This document shows positions 58,798-64,000 of a stretch of 64,000 nt of DNA, piece by piece (positions within the stretch are counted from its first letter, which is position 1; every line of letters starts with the position of its first letter). A model generated the notes under the pieces. The model had not been told where the DNA came from, did no database searches, and saw only the letters and a program-made list of their open reading frames with translations. This DNA is from Macrostomum lignano (taxonomy: Eukaryota), in NCBI GenBank assembly GCA_002269645.1, contig NIVC01002264.1, forward strand, positions 1-64,000, written 5' to 3'. The position numbers were made by a program, and so were the translations under genes.

Positions 58798-61253
58798 TCA
58801 AAGCTTGGCCGAAGTCACCCCGTGTTTGAATCGGCCGGCCGACATGAAGGCCAAATCTTCGCTGGGTGGCTGGCCGGTTGCCATCTCGGACAGCAGCTGG
58901 CCAATCACTGGGCCGAGCTTGAAGCCGTGGCCTGCGGTAATCAATATAAATAACTTAGATATTAGTACAGTAGGTACTATAGGGGGCTGTAGCCTAGTAG
59001 TTAGAGCATCAGACTAAGGACTCAAAGGTTGGGGGTTCGATTCCCCGATCCCACTGGAACAATTTGTGTCCTTGAGCAAGACGCTTAACTCTGCATTTGC
59101 TTCAGTTCACCCAGCTGTAAAATGGGTGCCAGCATTAGCTGGGGTAATTAAGGGTGTGTGTGGTGACCCCCCCCCCCCAGTCCTTGGACTGAACAACCGT
59201 ACGCAGCCTTCAGATGCGGTTCAGAACCTACCAGAGCAGCCGCAGACAAACAGGATGTTCCGATGCCTCGGGTGCCGATCGACAATGAGGCCGCGATCTG
59301 GCGTCAGCTGGTGTTAGTAAGTAAATAGAATGTAAATTATAATTATATTAATAAACATTTTAAACCTTTTTGATAAAAGTAAAAGTATAAACATCCCTTA
59401 ACAACAGCCAGGTCAATGACTCACCGTGTAAATACACTTCTCAGTGACGGCAGGCTCCGGCACCAGGTGAGGAAACCACCGCCTAACAAAGTCGGTCAGC
59501 TCTGGCAGGTAGTATGGCTCCCGCTGCTCCCGGGTCTCTCGGATGTCCGGGTCCAAGTCCGGCCCGTCGTGCATGCAGATCTGTTGAGTATTATTGCATT
59601 TAATTTTAGCATCCTTACTGCTCATCCATATCAGTCACTTTGTGTAGTCGACAAGAACAAAATCACACAGAAGTGCATCCAAACAAAAGTACAAAAACCC
59701 CTCAATGTGCAACTAAACTAAAGTGCGTGTGCACTAAATTACCACAAAATAAAAGTGCAACCGAACAAAATTGTATCAAAGGTGCCACTAACTAAAATTG
59801 CACCTACGTAAAAGTACAAAAGCACTAAAGCGCCACCAAAAAAGGTACCCAAACAAAAGTGCAAACACTTGCCTTGACCATACCGGGGTACTCGAGCTCC
59901 GGCAGTCCGTACACGTGAAAATCTTTATCCTGATAGTCAAATGTTGGAAATTTTTCCGGCCCAAAATCGCCAGTCTCGGCAGCACCCTCCCCTCGACGCA
60001 GTCGCCAGTACATGGCGGTGACGCCGATGGGCCGCAGCGGGAGCTCCAGGCCGAGGCCCGACAGCAGCTGGCCCGCCCACGCACCAGCCGCCAGAACCAC
60101 CGAGTCCGCCGTGAGCTCCTCTGCAGACGCCGCAGCCGCCGTCCCGCTGCCCGAAAGGCGAAGCCGGACGGAGCCGTCGGGCTGCGGCTCGATGGCCGTC
60201 ACGCGGACGCAATCGCGGAGGCGACCACCAAGCTGGGCAACTCGAGAGCGCAGCGCTTGCAAGCACCTGGAGTGATCGGGCCATAGACAGGTGAAAAAGT
60301 TTCAAACATTTCGGTAACTTATATTTGCGAACGCTATGAAGACTTAAGGGTTACCCCGCTTTTCCAATCACCCAGAAATTCAGCATACTCTGTACAGCAT
60401 TGAAACGGATAATTATCCGTAGCCGACTTTATCTTGAAAATGACACTGGTGAGAATGACACTGGTGAGAATGACACTGGTGAGAATGACACTGGTGAGAA
60501 TGACACTGACACCATGGTCACTGATCAATGCCACGGGTCATTCAGGACATTACAGGTCATCCAGGACATCGCAAGTCATTCAGGACATTACGGGTCATCC
60601 AGGACATTGCAAGTCATTCAGGACATTACGGGTCATCCAGGACATTGCAAGTCATTCAGGACATTACGGGTCATCCAGGACACCACGAGTCATTCAGGAC
60701 ACCGCAGGTCATTCAGGACACCGCAGGTCATTCGGAACATTACAGGTCATGAAGGAAACCCGGTAAGATTTCTCCGCATTGGCCTCCACGTGTCCCACCT
60801 GTCAGCCAGCAGAATCCCAGCACTGGGATCGAGAACGCAGTCGCGGAATCCCGCAAGCCGAGGAAACCGACTCGCCAGCGACTGTCCGGACAGCCGCTCG
60901 AGCGGCATCGAGTTCGACTCCAGCACCTCGCTGATGTTTCTCAAATACGCACCCGACCCCAAGGACGCCATGCCGCAGTTGATGAAGAGTCGCTGGCCGC
61001 TGAGGCTCTCAAGGCGGCTCCACAGCGGGAACGCCCGCCTCATCAGTCGCGCATACTCAGCCTCCTTGTAGGCGTAGCGGGTGATTCGGCTGTGCCCGTG
61101 GCTGCTGCCTCTGCTGTGCGGCACCGGGAACTGCTCAAGCAGAGTCACTCGGTGTCCTCGCTCCAGCAGCTGCCAGGCTGTGCAGAGGCCGTTCACCCCG
61201 CAGCCAACCACCGCCACGTGCTGCTGGCGCTGCTGCTGCTGCGCTGCGGCCGC
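58798..61253 (-). CDS. PIPOX: Peroxisomal sarcosine/L-pipecolate oxidase-like, copy 1; exons 61253-60799, 60266-59873, 59580-59425, 59307-59232 and 58931-58798
   Basis: FAD motif VAVVGCGVNG, then EQFPVPHSRGSSHGHSRITRYAY, VYGLPELEYPGMVK, EKCIYT, LTPD...VDRHP, SGHGFKLGPVIG and a C-terminal AKL (PTS1). Exon lengths sum to 1215 nt with matching phases. Intron 2 is GC-AG. There is no in-frame ATG upstream of the first exon. Confidence 0.92.
58982..59175 (+). mobile_element. tRNA-derived CORE-SINE-like element in PIPOX copy 1 intron 4
   Basis: A box TAGCCTAGTAG and B box GGTTCGATTCC, then GTGTCCTTGAGCAAGACGCTTAAC...CTTCAGTTCACCCAGCTGTAAAATGGG (59066-59126), collinear with the MIR/CORE consensus as recalled. 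Confidence 0.75.
60440..60750. repeat. Two adjacent minisatellites in PIPOX intron 1: 15-bp (GAGAATGACACTGGT) and 19-bp (GGTCATCCAGGACATTGCA and variants)
   Basis: Direct reading. Confidence 0.9.
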
Positions 61254-61312
61254 CTGAGGTGTTTCGCGTGCAATGTTGGAAACAGTACAAGCAGTACTAT
61301 ATCTGATAGTTA

Positions 61313-62061
61313 GGTGTCAGGTTCTGCAGTGATGTGTCAGGTTCTGCAGTAATATGACAGGTTCTGCAGTGATGTGTCAGGTTCTGCAGTGATGTGTCAG
61401 GTTCTGCAGTGATGTGTCAGGTTCTGTAGTGATGTGTCAGGTTCTGCAGTGATGTGTCAGGCTCTGCAGTGATGTGTCAGGTGCTGCAGTGATGTGTCAG
61501 GCTCTGCAGTGATGTGTCAGGTTCTGCAGTGATGTGTCAGGTTCTGCAGTGATGTGTCAGGTTCTGCAGTGATGTGTCAGGTTCTGTAGTGATGTGTCAG
61601 GTTCTGCAGTGATGTGTCAGGCTCTGCAGTGATGTATCAGGTTCTGCAGTGATGTGTCAGGCTCTGCAGAGATGTGTCAGGTTCTGCAGTGATGTGTCAG
61701 GTTCTGCAGTGATGTGTCAGGTTCTGCTGTGATGTGTCAGGCTCTGCAGTGATGTGTCAAGCTCTGCAGTGATGTGTCAGGTTCTGCTGTGATGTGTCAG
61801 GTTCTGCAGTGATGCGTCAGGTTCTGCAGTGATGTGTCACGTTCTGCTGTAATGTGTGTCAGGTTCTGCAGTGATGTGTCAGGTTCTGCAGTGATGTGTC
61901 AGGTTCTGCAGTGATATGTCAGGTTCTGCAGTGATATGTCAGGTTCTGCAGTGATGTGTCAGGTTCTGCAGTGATATGACAGGTGCTGCAGTGATATGTC
62001 AGGTTCTGCAGTGATGTGTCAGGCTCTGCAGTGATGTGTCAGGTTCTGCAGTGATGTGTCA
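61313..62061. repeat. 20-bp minisatellite (CAGGTTCTGCAGTGATGTGT) between the two PIPOX copies
   Basis: About 37 copies. Confidence 0.95.
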
Positions 62062-62407
62062 AAAGCCTATGAGTCTTAAAAAAACCTAGGTACTTAAACG
62101 CAGATGTTTAAGCAAAAAAGCTATGGTATTGGTAGTGAGGAGGGCTCTATTTCTTTAAAAATCAGGTAACCAAAAGTTAAGTCAACTCGCTAATAAGTAT
62201 CAGTCAAAGAAATATAAATTTGTATATTTGTTGATAACAGGAGAAATCAATGAAAAATCAAGTAAATAAATTGTATTGAAAACTAAATAAAAATCGATCT
62301 CAAACCATATAGCAGTTTAAATAGAAACACAATCAGAAATACCATAATTTTTATGCTAAAACATGCGAATTAAAACCATAAACAAAATCATTTCCGACAC
62401 TTGCAGA

Positions 62408-64000
62408 TCAAAGCTTGGCCGAAGTGACACCGTGTTTAAATCGGCCGGCCGACATGAAGGCCAAATCCTGGCTAGGTGGCTGGCCGGTTGCCATCTCGGA
62501 CAGCAGCTGGCCAATCGCAGGGCCGAGCTTGAAGCCGTGGCCTGAGAATTCGCGGGACAGAGTTTGGTCAACAGGTAATGCGCGACCAATCCGATGTACT
62601 AGTGTTGGGTAACCTTCATGTACTTTGAGGAAGTAGCGGTGACAGAAGCAACGGTGACAGAAGCAACGGTGACAGAAGTAACTGTGACAGAAGTAACGTT
62701 GACAGAAGTAACTGTGACAGAAGTAACTGTGACAGAAGTAACTGTGACAGAAGCAACGGTGACAGAAGTAACTGTGTCAGAAGTAACTGTGACAGAAGTA
62801 ACGGTGACAGAAGTAACGGTGACAGAAGTAACTGTGACAGAAGTAACGGTGACAGAAGTAACGTTGACAGAAGCAACGGTGACAGAAGCAAAGGTGACAG
62901 AAGCAACGGTGACAGAAGCAAAGGTGACAGAAGCAACGGTGACAGAAGCAACTGTGACAGAAGTAGCGGTGACAGAAGCAACGGTGACAGAAGCAACTGT
63001 GACAGAAGCAACGGTGACAGAAGCAACGGTGACAGAAGCAACGGTGACAGAAGCAACGGTGACAGAAGTAACTGTGACAGAAGCAACGGGACAGAAGCAA
63101 CTGTGACAGAAGTAACGGTGACAGAAGCAACGGTGACAGAAGTAACTGTGACAGAAGCAACGGTGACAGAAGCAACGGTGACAGAAGCAACTGTGACAGA
63201 AGTAGCGGTGACAGAAGCAACGGTGACAGAAGTAACTGTGACAGAAGCAACGGTGACAGAAGCAACGGTGACAGAAGTAGCGGTGACAGAAGCAACGGTG
63301 ACAGAAGCAACTGTGACAGAAGTAGCGGTGACAGAAGCAACGGTGACAGAAGCAACTGTGACAGAAGTAGCGGTGACAGAAGCAACGGTGACAGAAGCAA
63401 CGGTGACAGAAGTAAGGGTGACAGAAGCAACGGTGACAGAAGCAAAGGTGACAGAAGCAACTGTGACAGAAGCAACGGTGACAGAAGTAACTGTGACAGA
63501 AGCAACGGGACAGAAGCAACTGTGACAGAAGTAACGGTGACAGAAGCAACGGTGACAGAAGTAACTGTGACAGAAGCAACGGTGACAGAAGCAACGGTGA
63601 CAGAAGCAACTGTGACCGAAGCAACTGTGGCAGAAATAACTGTGACAGAAGTAAGGGTGACGGAAGCATTTTACAGTATGGTAACCTAGACTAAGCGTAT
63701 AGTTCAATACATGAATAAAATGTACATGCAGACACTAAACTAAATCATAGCTACATATAATATTATAGAGAAACTTGACCCAAATGAGCTCACCTGAGCA
63801 GCCGCACACAAATACAATGTTGCGATGGCTCGGGTGCCGGTCCACAATCAGGCCGCTATCGGGTGTGAGCTGGGTGAGGAGAACATTTACTAGTTATAAT
63901 TATTTGTTAGATAAAAATGGATTTTCTCTGCCTACAATATGAATGACTCACCGTGTAGATACACTTCTCAGTGACGGCAGGCTCCGGCACCAGGTCTGGA
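62408..64000 (-). CDS. PIPOX: PIPOX-like copy 2, 3' portion only (exons 64000-63952, 63869-63794 and 62541-62408); continues beyond the window
   Basis: The last two exons have the same lengths (76 and 134 nt) and intron phases as copy 1. Peptides PEPAVTEKCIYT, LTPDSGLIVDRHPSHRNIVFVCGCS and GHGFKLGPAIG...SAKL*. Confidence 0.9.
62636..63665. repeat. 15-bp minisatellite (GTGACAGAAGCAACG) filling the last intron of PIPOX copy 2
   Basis: About 68 copies; explains the EATVT and SVTVA pseudo-ORFs. Confidence 0.97.

Noticed and set aside
58982-59055. tRNA gene (also 57460-57530)
   Set aside because: A and B boxes are present but no convincing cloverleaf or acceptor stem forms, and both run into SINE bodies.
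58798-61253. Recent bacterial horizontal transfer of a monomeric sarcosine oxidase
   Set aside because: It has four spliceosomal introns, a PTS1 signal and motifs matching animal PIPOX.
62599-63707. EATVT/SVTVA mucin-like or antifreeze-like ORFs
   Set aside because: A 15-bp satellite inside a phase-verified PIPOX intron; frames break at 14-bp units.

Overview
This window is eukaryotic, not prokaryotic: it has spliceosomal GT-AG and GC-AG introns, GC-rich exons in AT-rich spacers, abundant mini/microsatellites, SINE/LINE/DNA-transposon remnants and TTAGGG tracts. The overall style suggests a free-living flatworm such as Macrostomum; this is an inference and cannot be proven here. Recognisable genes are MEMO1 (3 exons), two tandem PIPOX-like peroxisomal sarcosine/pipecolate oxidases, an intronless Cys-loop ion-channel subunit, an RBM4/Lark-like RRM plus long RGG protein and a PTPN14/21-like phosphatase domain with a degenerate active site. 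The window also holds a single-exon secreted six-Cys peptide, a two-exon coiled-coil gene and several unassigned genes. The standout protein is a TRPM-type channel whose N-terminal MHR1/2 region appears replaced by about 8-9 ankyrin repeats. An 11.5-kb intron is filled by a head-to-tail array of five Helitron-like units, each with a stem-conserved, loop-variable terminal hairpin and an internal telomeric tract. One PIPOX copy has no genomic in-frame ATG and starts at a phase-0 splice acceptor, consistent with a spliced-leader-donated AUG. Several genes carry single-base deletions that look like long-read assembly errors. All exon coordinates are manual readings.
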